A DNA stretch of 64,000 nt from Peptococcaceae bacterium (lineage in GTDB: Bacteria; Bacillota; Peptococcia; Peptococcales; BICA1-8): positions 244,374-308,373 of the forward strand of contig JBMNCQ010000004.1 in assembly GCA_049366715.1 (NCBI GenBank), in the 5' to 3' direction. The translations under genes were made by a program, and so were the position numbers. Of the stretch, positions 41,705 to 51,742 are shown one piece after another (within the stretch, counting starts at the first letter, position 1; each line of letters begins with the position of its first letter). The notes below the pieces were generated by a model. It was not told where the DNA came from and made no database searches. It saw nothing but the letters and a program-made list of their open reading frames with translations.

Positions 41705-42109
41705 TCAATCACCACCGGCGGTGCCCGGAGAAGGAGTCTTAACAAGCCTGGCGGCCTGGACCCAGGTTTCCCTGAATTCCCGTAAATACTGCTCCGGTTC
41801 GGCCAGGAATTTAACGTCCTTTTGCATATTAGCCTGTTGTAAATTATAATTTATATACTCATACATTTGAAACAATGACTGGGATATTTCATATTCCATA
41901 TTCAATGAACCCATTAATTCATATACAATATTCTGGCATCTGATTAAATAGTAATTTGTTTTCTCAATATCTTTCGCTTCCAGGGCACTTTTCGCCTGCC
42001 CCAGGAAACGGATGGCCCCGTCAAACAGCATAATAAGCAGTTTTTCCGGACCGGCAGTAGCGATTGACTGCTGTTTATATTGTGCATAAGGATTTTGGGC
42101 TAAAGCCAC
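41705..42109 (-). CDS. fliS: Flagellin chaperone FliS
   Basis: YKQQSIATAGPEKLLIMLFDGA, LFQMYEY, EFRETW. Confidence 0.95.
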   Translation of the reverse strand: MALAQNPYAQYKQQSIATAGPEKLLIMLFDGAIRFLGQAKSALEAKDIEKTNYYLIRCQNIVYELMGSLNMEYEISQSLFQMYEYINYNLQQANMQKDVKFLAEPEQYLREFRETWVQAARLVKTPSPGTAGGD

Positions 42110-42229
42110 AGAAATCACTCCTTTAGATTAGTTGCCGGCGGTTGCTACCTTACTTAATCCGCCCCTTAAGACTACCTTAACAGATTACCTTTCCCCGGAC
42201 AAGTTGTTTCCAAGTGATCATGCGGATTA

Positions 42230-42619
42230 TTAGCGCGCTTTATTGATAAAAGCCGCTTGAGCCGGATAGGGATTATAAGCTTTGTAAGCTCTCTTGCCCC
42301 GGCGCACTTTACCCAGCTTCTCCTTTAGAGCCAGCAAAACCTGATCGGCCTTCTGCCTGTTTTCCCGGTCCAGGTCCATGATTAACTTTAGAATCCTGCG
42401 GTATTCTTCGTTATTGTCCTCTTTAACCGAATTTAGCTCTGAATTTATGGAATTTATTTTATGAATAACCATTTCCTTTTCATGAATAACCTTTTGTAAT
42501 TTATCCGTATCATGATCCTCTAAAGACTTTTTTTGCGCTAAGGTTAGTTCATAGATATTTTGTAAATATTCCTTTTTCCTGTTTTGCAATTCCCTTACCC
42601 TGTTTTCCATATCCATCAC
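42230..42619 (-). CDS. FlgN/FliT-like flagellar chaperone
   Basis: KKEYLQNIYELTLAQ…IMDLDRENR…AYNP; lies between fliD and fliS. Confidence 0.65.
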   Translation of the reverse strand: MMDMENRVRELQNRKKEYLQNIYELTLAQKKSLEDHDTDKLQKVIHEKEMVIHKINSINSELNSVKEDNNEEYRRILKLIMDLDRENRQKADQVLLALKEKLGKVRRGKRAYKAYNPYPAQAAFINKAR

Positions 42620-42676
42620 ACAACCTTTATTCGTATATTAAATATCATTATAACGGTAAAACCGGTCAGACCGGTT

Positions 42677-44353
42677 CTACTGCCCGCTGCTAAACATCTG
42701 GGTCAGCCACGTACTTTGGGAGTTCATGTCCTGGATAGCCTTTTCCATAGCCGTGAACTGCTGCCAATAGCGGTTTTCTACAGTAGTCAGGTAATCATTC
42801 ATATCATCAATCCGGTCCTCATAGTCCGAGATGCTTTTATCCAGCATACTTATGCTGCCATGCTCCGTTACAAAATCGATCAAAATGCTGGAATTTACAT
42901 TTCTGTATAGTTCCGGATTATCACCGGTACCGGCTTTGTTAATGATCTCCTTCATCCCTACTGTGATATTATCATAAAGCCTGCGGATCAAACCACTTTC
43001 GCTTCTTTTTTGCTGAATTTCGTTGTTGCTTAACTTATCGTCGGCAACATCCAGCCCGGCGCCGGGCTCTTTAAATAACAACTCTAAAACACCGTCAACA
43101 TCTTCTTGTATCGCCTTTTTAAGATTAGTTTCATCTATTTCCAGCTGGCCCCCCTTGGACCCGCTGAAATAATTTTGGGTAGAAATGCCTATTTGTGTTA
43201 ATTGATCGAAAGCACCGCTTACTCCTGCTACATTATCGTACATACCGCTGCGCATACTGTGATAAGTGCTTTGTAAAACACCGTCTCCTTTGATCAGACC
43301 ACTTTTCGCTTTTTCTTCCCACAGTTCTATTTCTTTCTCACTCATGGACTCTTTTTGTTCTTCCGTCAGGGGAGTATAATCCCGGTAGCGTTTTTCATTC
43401 AGGGTATCATTCAGCTTACTGACGATTTCATTATATTTTTCCACAAAGGCCGAAATCTTTTCATAAACTGCATCAACATCAGTGGAAACAGTAACGGTAA
43501 AGTCCCCTTCAGCTTTCAGATCCAGATTGATATTGTTGATCGTACATTGGTTAGAAGCCATTCTAATATTATCGGCACCGTTAAAACTTAAGATCGCATC
43601 CTGCCCTTGATTTACCGCTCCGCTGGTCAGATTAAGCTGCAGTTTGTCATTCGTTCCCGTAAAAAATTCCACGGTTGCCTCCGCTTCCTGGGTTATGGTA
43701 AAGCCGTTCGCTTCCCCGGTCTCGGTGGTCTGGAAGAACAACCTGTTTATACTGGTATCATAGACGGCTTTTACACCTAAATCATTGCCGTCGCTGTCCC
43801 GGTAAGAATTTATATCATTGGCCATATCCAGAATCGTTTTATTATTTAAATCATCACCACTGTATTCAAAAGTCTGACTGACGCCATCCTTGCTCTCAAT
43901 GGTAAATTTAATCACGTCGGTATCATTTAAACCGAACTGCTCTTTTAAAGTGTCCAAATTCCCCAGGTCACCTTGACTGGCGGCGGAGAAATTCTTGGCG
44001 ATCTGACTTACACTGACACTATAACTGCCGGTCACGGCATCGGCCCTGGTAGAAATGATATCGGCTATGCCGGTATCGGAGGAAGCAGCCTTTTTCACCC
44101 ATTCCAGGCTGCTGACAGACTTGTTGAGCAGGGAACCGCTGGAGCTCGTCGATGTTAAACCAAACTCCTTTTTCGTATCCAAAATAAAGTTAGCCAGATC
44201 TTTATTAAGAGCATTGTATATTTCCTGTCTCCATTCAACAATGATTTTATCCTGTTTCAGTTTATCTACCTTAGTACGCTGGGCCTTCATTAAATCACTG
44301 ATAATCTGGTCGGTATCGATCCCTGAAGCCAGACCGCCTATTCTTATACTCAT
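42677..44353 (-). CDS. fliD: Flagellar filament cap protein
   Basis: RIGGLASGIDT, YTPLTEEQK, RYWQQFTAMEKA. Confidence 0.96.
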   Translation of the reverse strand: MSIRIGGLASGIDTDQIISDLMKAQRTKVDKLKQDKIIVEWRQEIYNALNKDLANFILDTKKEFGLTSTSSSGSLLNKSVSSLEWVKKAASSDTGIADIISTRADAVTGSYSVSVSQIAKNFSAASQGDLGNLDTLKEQFGLNDTDVIKFTIESKDGVSQTFEYSGDDLNNKTILDMANDINSYRDSDGNDLGVKAVYDTSINRLFFQTTETGEANGFTITQEAEATVEFFTGTNDKLQLNLTSGAVNQGQDAILSFNGADNIRMASNQCTINNINLDLKAEGDFTVTVSTDVDAVYEKISAFVEKYNEIVSKLNDTLNEKRYRDYTPLTEEQKESMSEKEIELWEEKAKSGLIKGDGVLQSTYHSMRSGMYDNVAGVSGAFDQLTQIGISTQNYFSGSKGGQLEIDETNLKKAIQEDVDGVLELLFKEPGAGLDVADDKLSNNEIQQKRSESGLIRRLYDNITVGMKEIINKAGTGDNPELYRNVNSSILIDFVTEHGSISMLDKSISDYEDRIDDMNDYLTTVENRYWQQFTAMEKAIQDMNSQSTWLTQMFSSGQ

Positions 44354-44366
44354 CTTATTTCACCCC

Positions 44367-44729
44367 TTATGCCCTTTCATCCACGAGAAGACCGGCTAAT
44401 TCCATTAGCCCCGCCACGATGTCCAGTATCTTCTCCGGTGGAATTTCTTTGATTACTTCTTTCGTTTCTTGATCAATGATCTTCACCATAATTTCTTTGG
44501 TTTTTTCATGAATAGAAAACTCTAAGCGTTTATTGTGTATTTCGATTTTATCGTTGGCCTCTTCAATTGCTTCGATCATTTCCCCGGCAGTAAATTTCGG
44601 CTCCCAGCTTGAGGTCTGATAATCACTATCCGGTACTTTTTCCGGATTTTCCCAAACCGGCCTGTCATTATTATTAATGGGACGGATGTTCTTTACTGCA
44701 GCAGTCTCATTAATCCTTTCTACACGCAT
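44367..44729 (-). CDS. flaG: Flagellar protein FlaG
   Basis: LEFSIHEKT…VKIID…EVIKEIPPEKILD. Confidence 0.93.
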   Translation of the reverse strand: MRVERINETAAVKNIRPINNNDRPVWENPEKVPDSDYQTSSWEPKFTAGEMIEAIEEANDKIEIHNKRLEFSIHEKTKEIMVKIIDQETKEVIKEIPPEKILDIVAGLMELAGLLVDERA

Positions 44730-44764
44730 AAAAATCCCCCGCTCTGTTTATTTTATTTATAATT

Positions 44765-44793
44765 TATATCGGTAAAAACGCCGGGAAATTTAG
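44765..44793 (-). promoter_or_regulatory. SigD (sigma-28) promoter of flaG-fliD-fliS
   Basis: CTAAA-N16-CCGATATA. Confidence 0.85.
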
Positions 44794-44822
44794 CATTAAG
44801 AAAAAAACTGTAGAATTAATTT

Positions 44823-45020
44823 CTACAGTTTAACATCAATCAGCGTACCAAGCTGGGGATTAACGCTCCTCTCCATGATCTGCGTATTTGCTTCCAGCAT
44901 CCTGGTTAAATCCCCGGCTTGCCCTTTAGCCGTATCCATAGCCATTTTCATAACGGAAATACCGGCTTCCTGGGCTATTTTCATTTGGTTCAAACCCATT
45001 GACAAAGCAGCTATATCCAA
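44823..45020 (-). CDS. YjfB-family putative motility protein
   Basis: MDIAALSMGLNQ…SVMKMAMD…SVNPQLGTLIDVKL; TTG start behind AGGAG. Confidence 0.85.
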   Translation of the reverse strand: MDIAALSMGLNQMKIAQEAGISVMKMAMDTAKGQAGDLTRMLEANTQIMERSVNPQLGTLIDVKL

Positions 45021-45055
45021 CTATATCAGCTCCTTTCTGTTGAAAAGATATGCCC

Positions 45056-46366
45056 TCAGGCTTTTATTACATTACTGTTTTCCTGTGTATATACCCCGCG
45101 GGTATCGATAATCAACTTACTGTGTTTTAAAATATAATCGTAATCAAAATCATCGTGGTTAGTACTGATCAGGATACAGTCCATTTCTTCCAGATTTTCT
45201 TCGGTAATTTCCATAGATTCAAGTTCAAAATAGTGTTCCCGCATTTTGGGGAATTTGGGCACAAAGGGATCGGAATAGTAAATAATTGCGCCCTTTTCCC
45301 GCAAGAGCTCCATTAATTTTACAGAAGGTGATTCCCGGGTATCGTCTATGTTCTTTTTATAGGCCAGTCCTAAGACCAGCACTTTAGCATTTTTTAAAGA
45401 TTTTTCCCTTTCATTTAACCCTTCCATCACTTTATGAATTACCCACTGGGGCATCAGGATATTGACTTCTCCCGCCAGTTCTATAAACCTGGTATTGATT
45501 CCATACTCCCGGGCCTTCCAGGTAAGATAAAAAGGGTCAATGGGTATACAATGCCCCCCCCAGCCCGGACCGGGATAAAAAGGAGTAAATCCGAAAGGTT
45601 TGGTTGCGGCGGCATTGATTACTTCCCAGATATCAATCCCCATCCTATCCGCAACCATCTTCATCTCATTTACCAAGCCGATATTTACCGCCCGGTAAAT
45701 ATTCTCCAGTAATTTGGTCAGCTCTGCGGCTTTGGTGGAACTAACAGAAATTACTTTGCCGATTATCTCCTGATATAAAGCTGTCCCGACTTGCAGGCAG
45801 TTAGCTGTGGCCCCCCCGACAACTTTAGGAATAGTACGGGTGGTAAAATCAGGATTGCCCGGATCCTCCCTTTCCGGTGAATAGAGCAGGAAAAAATCTT
45901 CTCCCAGGGTAAATCCCTTACGTTCCAGCCGGGTTTCGATCTCTTCTTCCGTAGTCCCCGGGTAAGTGGTGCTCTCCAAACTTAAAACCTGGCCTTTTTT
46001 TAAGTAGGGAAGAATTTGATCCATCGTGCCGGTAACAAAAGATAAGTCCGGTTCCCGATACCGGTTAAGGGGAGTGGGCAGGCAAAGTATCATAACATCT
46101 ACCTCCCTGACTCTCGCCAAATCAGTTGTAGCCTCTAATTTTCCTTCTTCCACACCCTTTTTAATTTTCTCACTGTCAATATGCCTGATGTAGCTCTCTT
46201 TGTTCTTTAAAATTTTCTCAACCTTAGTCCTGTCCCGGTCAAATCCCAGTACCTGATAACCTGCTTCGGCAAAAGCCAGCAAAAGAGGCAGTCCTACGTA
46301 ACCCATTCCGATGATTCCTATTATTGCTTCTTTTCTTTGAATTTTCTCAATTAGATTATGCATCAT
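45056..46366 (-). CDS. UDP-N-acetylhexosamine 6-dehydrogenase (WbpA/WecC-like)
   Basis: [42 protein letters not shown]. Confidence 0.9.
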   Translation of the reverse strand: MMHNLIEKIQRKEAIIGIIGMGYVGLPLLLAFAEAGYQVLGFDRDRTKVEKILKNKESYIRHIDSEKIKKGVEEGKLEATTDLARVREVDVMILCLPTPLNRYREPDLSFVTGTMDQILPYLKKGQVLSLESTTYPGTTEEEIETRLERKGFTLGEDFFLLYSPEREDPGNPDFTTRTIPKVVGGATANCLQVGTALYQEIIGKVISVSSTKAAELTKLLENIYRAVNIGLVNEMKMVADRMGIDIWEVINAAATKPFGFTPFYPGPGWGGHCIPIDPFYLTWKAREYGINTRFIELAGEVNILMPQWVIHKVMEGLNEREKSLKNAKVLVLGLAYKKNIDDTRESPSVKLMELLREKGAIIYYSDPFVPKFPKMREHYFELESMEITEENLEEMDCILISTNHDDFDYDYILKHSKLIIDTRGVYTQENSNVIKA

Positions 46367-46413
46367 ACTTATAAAGCCTCTCTTTACCGAATTAATTTTG
46401 CAAGAAAAAATAA

Positions 46414-47271
46414 CTATATTCCCATTAAATATTGCCCATAATCTGTTTTCAGTAACGACCTTGCTAATACGTGTAGCTGTTCTTTTGTAATATATCCGTT
46501 ACGATAAGCGATTTCCTCTATGCAGGCTATATAGAGTCCTTGTCTCTTTTGTACCGCCTGAACAAAATTACCAGCTTCTAACAGGGATTCATGTGTCCCT
46601 GTGTCTAGCCAAGCGAATCCCCTGCCCAGAATTTGTACTTTTAATTCTCCCTCGTCTAGATACACTTTGTTCACATCTGTAATTTCCAATTCTCCCCTTA
46701 AGGAAGGCTTTAAATTTTTGGCAATTCTAACTACTTTATTGTCATAAAAATACAATCCTGGTACAGCAAAATTGGACTTTGGATTTTGAGGTTTTTCCTC
46801 CAAGGATTTTACCACTTTGTCTTCTCCTATTTCCACAATTCCATATTCTCTGGGATTATTTACATAGTAGGCAAAAATACAAGCACCTTCTTTTATAGAT
46901 TTATTTTTCTGTAGAATCGGAGAAAAGCCCTGCCCATAAAATACATTATCCCCTAGAATTAAACAAACGCTATCTTCTTCAATAAAATCCTCCGCAATAA
47001 CAAATGCCTGGGCAATTCCTTTTGGCTCCTTTTGAACAAAATATCGAAAAGAAAGTCCTATTTGAGATCCATCTCCTAATAATTCCTCATATATAGGCAG
47101 GTCTTTACTGGTAGAAATAATCAAAATATCCCGTATACCGGCCAGCATCAACACAGATAAAGGGTAGTAAATCATCGGTTTATCATATACAGGAAGCAAT
47201 TGCTTGCTAAGGGATTTTGTACAGGGATAAAGTCTGGTCCCACTCCCTCCTGCCAATATAATACCCTTCAT
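46414..47271 (-). CDS. rfbA: Glucose-1-phosphate thymidylyltransferase
   Basis: [43 protein letters not shown]. Confidence 0.97.
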   Translation of the reverse strand: MKGIILAGGSGTRLYPCTKSLSKQLLPVYDKPMIYYPLSVLMLAGIRDILIISTSKDLPIYEELLGDGSQIGLSFRYFVQKEPKGIAQAFVIAEDFIEEDSVCLILGDNVFYGQGFSPILQKNKSIKEGACIFAYYVNNPREYGIVEIGEDKVVKSLEEKPQNPKSNFAVPGLYFYDNKVVRIAKNLKPSLRGELEITDVNKVYLDEGELKVQILGRGFAWLDTGTHESLLEAGNFVQAVQKRQGLYIACIEEIAYRNGYITKEQLHVLARSLLKTDYGQYLMGI

Positions 47272-47289
47272 TACACAACCCCCTATCTA

Positions 47290-48363
47290 CTATGTACCAT
47301 ACATTTCTTTATAATATTTTATGTATTCACCATTTAAAATTTTTTCGAGCCAAATTTCATTCTCTAAATACCACTGAATGGTTTTTTCCATACCCTTTTC
47401 ATAAGTTATCCCAGGATACCAGCCCAATTCTTCCTTAATTTTACTTCCATCTATAGCATATCTTCTATCATGACCCTTTCGATCTTTCACATAGGTAATC
47501 AGGTCCTCATTCAGCCTGCTTTTTCGTTGGTCTTCTGGGACAAGTAATTTTTGCAGGCATTGTATGATAAACTTTATTACCTCAATATTTTGCCGTTCAT
47601 GATTTCCACCTATATTATAGACTTGTCCTTCTCTCCCTTTTTGCAAGACAATATCTAATGCAGTACAATGATCTTCTACGTACAGCCAATCTCTTATATT
47701 TTTCCCATCTCCATATAACGGTATGGGTTTTCCGGCTAAACAACTATTAATTACAAGAGGAATTAATTTTTCTGGAAACTGATAGGGACCATAATTGTTA
47801 GAACATCTGGTAATCACAACGGGCAACTTATAGGTATCATAATAGGCCTTTACCAGCAAATCCCCCCCTGATTTACTAGCAGAATAGGGGCTATGAGGAT
47901 CTAATGGAGTACTCTCTATAAAATATCCTGCATCCTCTAAAGAACCATATACTTCATCAGTCGAAACCTGTAAAAACTTTTTACCTGCTTTAAAATCCCC
48001 CCCCCGAATCCAATATTTTTTTGATATATCCAACAACACTTGGACTCCTAGCACATTAGTTTTAACAAATACAGATGGATCTTCAATGCTTCTATCCACA
48101 TGGGATTCTGCTGCAAAATTAATCACATAATCTATATCATATTCTTGGAAAATCTTTTCTACCACGTCACCATCACAAATGTCACCTTTAATAAATCGAT
48201 AGTTGTTACGCTCCGCTACACCTTTTAAATTTTCTAGATTTCCTGCATAAGTTAATGCATCTAAATTGATTATAGAAATAGTATTATTATATTTTTTAAA
48301 TAGATACTGTATAAAATTAGAGCCGATAAAACCAGCCCCGCCTGTGATAAGATATATTTTCAT
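47290..48363 (-). CDS. rfbB: dTDP-glucose 4,6-dehydratase
   Basis: TGGAGFIGS, AAESHVDRS, STDEVYG, YSASK, GHDRRY. Confidence 0.97.
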   Translation of the reverse strand: MKIYLITGGAGFIGSNFIQYLFKKYNNTISIINLDALTYAGNLENLKGVAERNNYRFIKGDICDGDVVEKIFQEYDIDYVINFAAESHVDRSIEDPSVFVKTNVLGVQVLLDISKKYWIRGGDFKAGKKFLQVSTDEVYGSLEDAGYFIESTPLDPHSPYSASKSGGDLLVKAYYDTYKLPVVITRCSNNYGPYQFPEKLIPLVINSCLAGKPIPLYGDGKNIRDWLYVEDHCTALDIVLQKGREGQVYNIGGNHERQNIEVIKFIIQCLQKLLVPEDQRKSRLNEDLITYVKDRKGHDRRYAIDGSKIKEELGWYPGITYEKGMEKTIQWYLENEIWLEKILNGEYIKYYKEMYGT

Positions 48364-48449
48364 ACTGCCATCCCCAACATCTAATTGTATTTGTACTTTT
48401 GTTTAAATATATATTTTCATACTCTTCCCCTTATAATTAAGTCAAAAAG

Positions 48450-49022
48450 CTACTGGTTGTTTTCTTGCAACGCTTTTTCTAATTCTAAAATATTTCTTTT
48501 TCTATTCTTTATTTTTTTACATGGTATTCCCGCGCTTATTGACCAGGCCTCTATATCTTTATTCACTAAACTCATTGCACCTATCGCTGCCCCCTCATTA
48601 ACTACAACATTAGGTAATACTATACAGCCCGCTCCAATAATTACATGTTTTTTAAACAAAACTTTTCCTCCAATTACATTTCTATATAAACTAGGTATAG
48701 TAGGATTTGTCATAAATTCACCACTATAATCATCAGTTGTGCTATATACTAGCGTCCGTCCAGATATGCTTGTATAATCTGACATCTCTATTATTAATCT
48801 TCCATATAAAGCTACATGTGAAGCAATATGTATATATGAACCTAATTTTATACTTCCTGATAAAATACAAAAATCGTCAATCCTAATATTACTTCCCATT
48901 TCAATACTTTCAGGTGAATAAATACTAGTCTTTCTACTTATTTTTATGTTATCACCTATTTTTTTAAATCCAATTTGTTTTAATTCTTCTTCAGAATAAT
49001 ATGAATTACTCAAAATATTCAC
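48450..49022 (-). CDS. Hexapeptide-repeat acyltransferase (VioB-like sugar N-acetyltransferase)
   Basis: Left-handed beta-helix repeats; YSEEELKQIGF, RIDDFCILSG; overlaps aminotransferase gene. Confidence 0.8.
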   Translation of the reverse strand: MNILSNSYYSEEELKQIGFKKIGDNIKISRKTSIYSPESIEMGSNIRIDDFCILSGSIKLGSYIHIASHVALYGRLIIEMSDYTSISGRTLVYSTTDDYSGEFMTNPTIPSLYRNVIGGKVLFKKHVIIGAGCIVLPNVVVNEGAAIGAMSLVNKDIEAWSISAGIPCKKIKNRKRNILELEKALQENNQ

Positions 49023-50104
49023 CTGCCATCTAAATTATTCATAATTATTTTGGTGATCTTAGATAAGGTTTCATGTTTTAACTCATCACTAATCGGTAAA
49101 CATAAAATTTTCTTGGAAATATCATTAGAAATCTGCATAAAATTACTTTCTACATAATTCAAAGTATCTAATGAAGGATAAAAATATCTTCTGGGATATA
49201 TCTCATTTTCCTCAAGCTTACTTTTAACCCTTTTTAGCACTTGTTCATTTTCGAAAATAATAGGAAAATAACTATAGTTATAGTTACAATTCTTATTATA
49301 CTCTTGCAATTTAATTAATTTATTATTCTTAAATGACTCTACATAAAACTCAAAAATCTTTTTTCTTTTCTCTATGATATAATTCAAATCATCCAGTACA
49401 CACAAACCCATTGCCGCTTGAAATTCATTCATTTTAGCATTTATCCCTAATTCCTCAAGAGTTTCAGGACCTGTAATTCCGAAATTAATCATCCGTTTCG
49501 CTTTATCGTATAATTTTTTGTCATTAAAAATTAATGCTCCACCCTCTATTGTATGGAATAATTTTGTTGCATGAAAACTTAACACTGAAATATCTCCATA
49601 GTTTAAAATGCTTTGCTCTCGGTAATTTATTCCAAATGCATGGGCTGCATCATAAATAACTTTCAAGTTATATTCTTTAGCTATCCTGTCAATTTCTTCA
49701 ACTTCACATCCATTTCCAAAGACATGTACAGGCACTATAGCAGAAGTTTTATCTGAAATTTTTTCTTCTATTTTACTGTAATTAATACACAATGTTTTTG
49801 GATCAATATCCACAAAAACAGGCTTCAGCCCTTCCCATACCATACTGCTCGTAGTAGCTACAAAACTAAAAGGTGTAGTAATAACTTCTCCCTTAATTTC
49901 CAATAGTTTATAAGCTATTTGCAAAGCCATTGTTCCATTATTTACCAAAACTATATATTTCACCTTTAACCACCCTGCGAGGCTTTTTTCTAACATTTTA
50001 GTATATTGACCGTTATTAGTAATCCAGCCCGCTGCATAAATCTTATCTATATATTCTTTATATTTTTCTATAGGGGGTAAATAAGTTTTCGTTACATTAA
50101 TCAT
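49019..50104 (-). CDS. DegT-family sugar aminotransferase (VioA-like)
   Basis: INVTKTYLP…WITNNG, IYDAAHAFG, SFHATKLFHTIEGG, RRYFYP. Confidence 0.88.
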   Translation of the reverse strand: MINVTKTYLPPIEKYKEYIDKIYAAGWITNNGQYTKMLEKSLAGWLKVKYIVLVNNGTMALQIAYKLLEIKGEVITTPFSFVATTSSMVWEGLKPVFVDIDPKTLCINYSKIEEKISDKTSAIVPVHVFGNGCEVEEIDRIAKEYNLKVIYDAAHAFGINYREQSILNYGDISVLSFHATKLFHTIEGGALIFNDKKLYDKAKRMINFGITGPETLEELGINAKMNEFQAAMGLCVLDDLNYIIEKRKKIFEFYVESFKNNKLIKLQEYNKNCNYNYSYFPIIFENEQVLKRVKSKLEENEIYPRRYFYPSLDTLNYVESNFMQISNDISKKILCLPISDELKHETLSKITKIIMNNLDGR

Positions 50105-50119
50105 GCTTTTCTCCCCTTT

Positions 50120-51685
50120 TTAATTATCAAAAATATCATGCAGATATTTCTTTATTATCTCAATATCCATTAATTTCGCTAGCCTTTTTTTATTACTACT
50201 TAGTAAATCATCACTTATCCTTGTAATTTCCTCGATATTTTCCTTATTAATATCATTAATGCTATAAACTTTAATTCCATTTTTTTTAAAAAAAGTGTAT
50301 TTTTTGTTATCAAGATACACTTTTTTCCTCAACATGATAGCAGTCCAAATATTGCCTAATCCCTGCTGACGATTATGAGCGAATAAGCATACGCTAACAT
50401 TATCTAGGATGTAACTATACTCTTCTGCAGAATAATATTTCGTTAATGGTATGAACCTTTCCCCAAATATCTTAGTTCCTTCATTAATTAGTACTTTTAT
50501 ATACCATTCAGGTCCGCCATATGATAATGGTGCAATTATGCAGAAATTTTTTGAATTTACTTTTTTCAGTTTATACAATATATCAAAATGATTATTAGTT
50601 GGATTAGCAGAATTACCCAATAAAATGATGTGCTCATATTTACTTTTAAGTTTTTTAATGAAATTAACTTCGATCATTTTGCTATTATAAAAAGTAGGTG
50701 CAAAATATATTAAATCCAAGCGCTCTGCTTTAGTTATAAAATTATCTCTTACTTTTTCATAATCGCCGTCATCAATCCTTAAGATTTTTTTTATTTTTCT
50801 AATAGTAACCTTTCTATAGATGTAATTAATATCATTTTTATTAATTCTTTTCCTTACATCTAGACCAATTTGTTGCATGATATCTTTAGTTATAGGTTTA
50901 AATAGTTCAAAATCAATATAATTATAAACGTCTCCTCCCCAGAGAGGCCAATAAATAGGTTTCTTGATATCAAATCTGCACATCAAACTACAAAAATAAT
51001 CAAATAAGTAATGAATGAAAATCCTTGAACAATTATCTATATAATGCATTAATTTCTTAAAATCATACTGTAGATTCAAAACCTTCACATTTTCTACATT
51101 GGTAATATTCATTAATTTCAACTTCTGTTTTCCATTGACAATAATTATAAATAAATGCTGATCATTAGGAAAATATTTATTAACAAAATATATGAACCTA
51201 TCGCAATATTGACTATCATACATTAGATGAAGATTTCTTTTTTTACCATTAAAGGTTATTTCTTTAATATTATCCTCTCTTTTCTCCCATTGTCTTTGTA
51301 TTTCGTCTCTATGTTTATCTTCTAATTCATTTAATACTTTAATCATTTCTATTCTTTCAGTGGTATCTTCCATATGAAAAACCATGTTCTCATAAGTTTC
51401 TAATGCTTTTAAATATTCACCTCTTATTTCATAAATGTATGCTAAATTATATAATAAATCTATGTCATTTTTTTCTTTAACGAGTCCAGTATGAATAGTA
51501 GATTCTGCCTCATCTACATTTCCCTCTATCAGCAAAATGACACCCATAATAGAATAAATTTCGATATCTTTTGGTACCATTCTTTGATATTCTACCAGCA
51601 ATGCTTTAGCTGACTTTAGCTGTCCTTTTTTCACTAACTGCTTAATATTTTCCTTAAACTGTTTAGTAATAGCTTCTGTCTGCAT
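50120..51685 (-). CDS. TPR plus WecF-like glycosyltransferase
   Basis: N-terminal TPR; WPLWGGDVY, ILLGNSANPTNNH, PLSYG, HNRQQGLGNI resemble the TDP-Fuc4NAc transferase family. Confidence 0.75.
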   Translation of the reverse strand: MQTEAITKQFKENIKQLVKKGQLKSAKALLVEYQRMVPKDIEIYSIMGVILLIEGNVDEAESTIHTGLVKEKNDIDLLYNLAYIYEIRGEYLKALETYENMVFHMEDTTERIEMIKVLNELEDKHRDEIQRQWEKREDNIKEITFNGKKRNLHLMYDSQYCDRFIYFVNKYFPNDQHLFIIIVNGKQKLKLMNITNVENVKVLNLQYDFKKLMHYIDNCSRIFIHYLFDYFCSLMCRFDIKKPIYWPLWGGDVYNYIDFELFKPITKDIMQQIGLDVRKRINKNDINYIYRKVTIRKIKKILRIDDGDYEKVRDNFITKAERLDLIYFAPTFYNSKMIEVNFIKKLKSKYEHIILLGNSANPTNNHFDILYKLKKVNSKNFCIIAPLSYGGPEWYIKVLINEGTKIFGERFIPLTKYYSAEEYSYILDNVSVCLFAHNRQQGLGNIWTAIMLRKKVYLDNKKYTFFKKNGIKVYSINDINKENIEEITRISDDLLSSNKKRLAKLMDIEIIKKYLHDIFDN

Positions 51686-51742
51686 TTCATATCACATCCA
51701 AAGATAAATTCTGCCCATAATATTTAAGCCTCGTTCTTTTTT

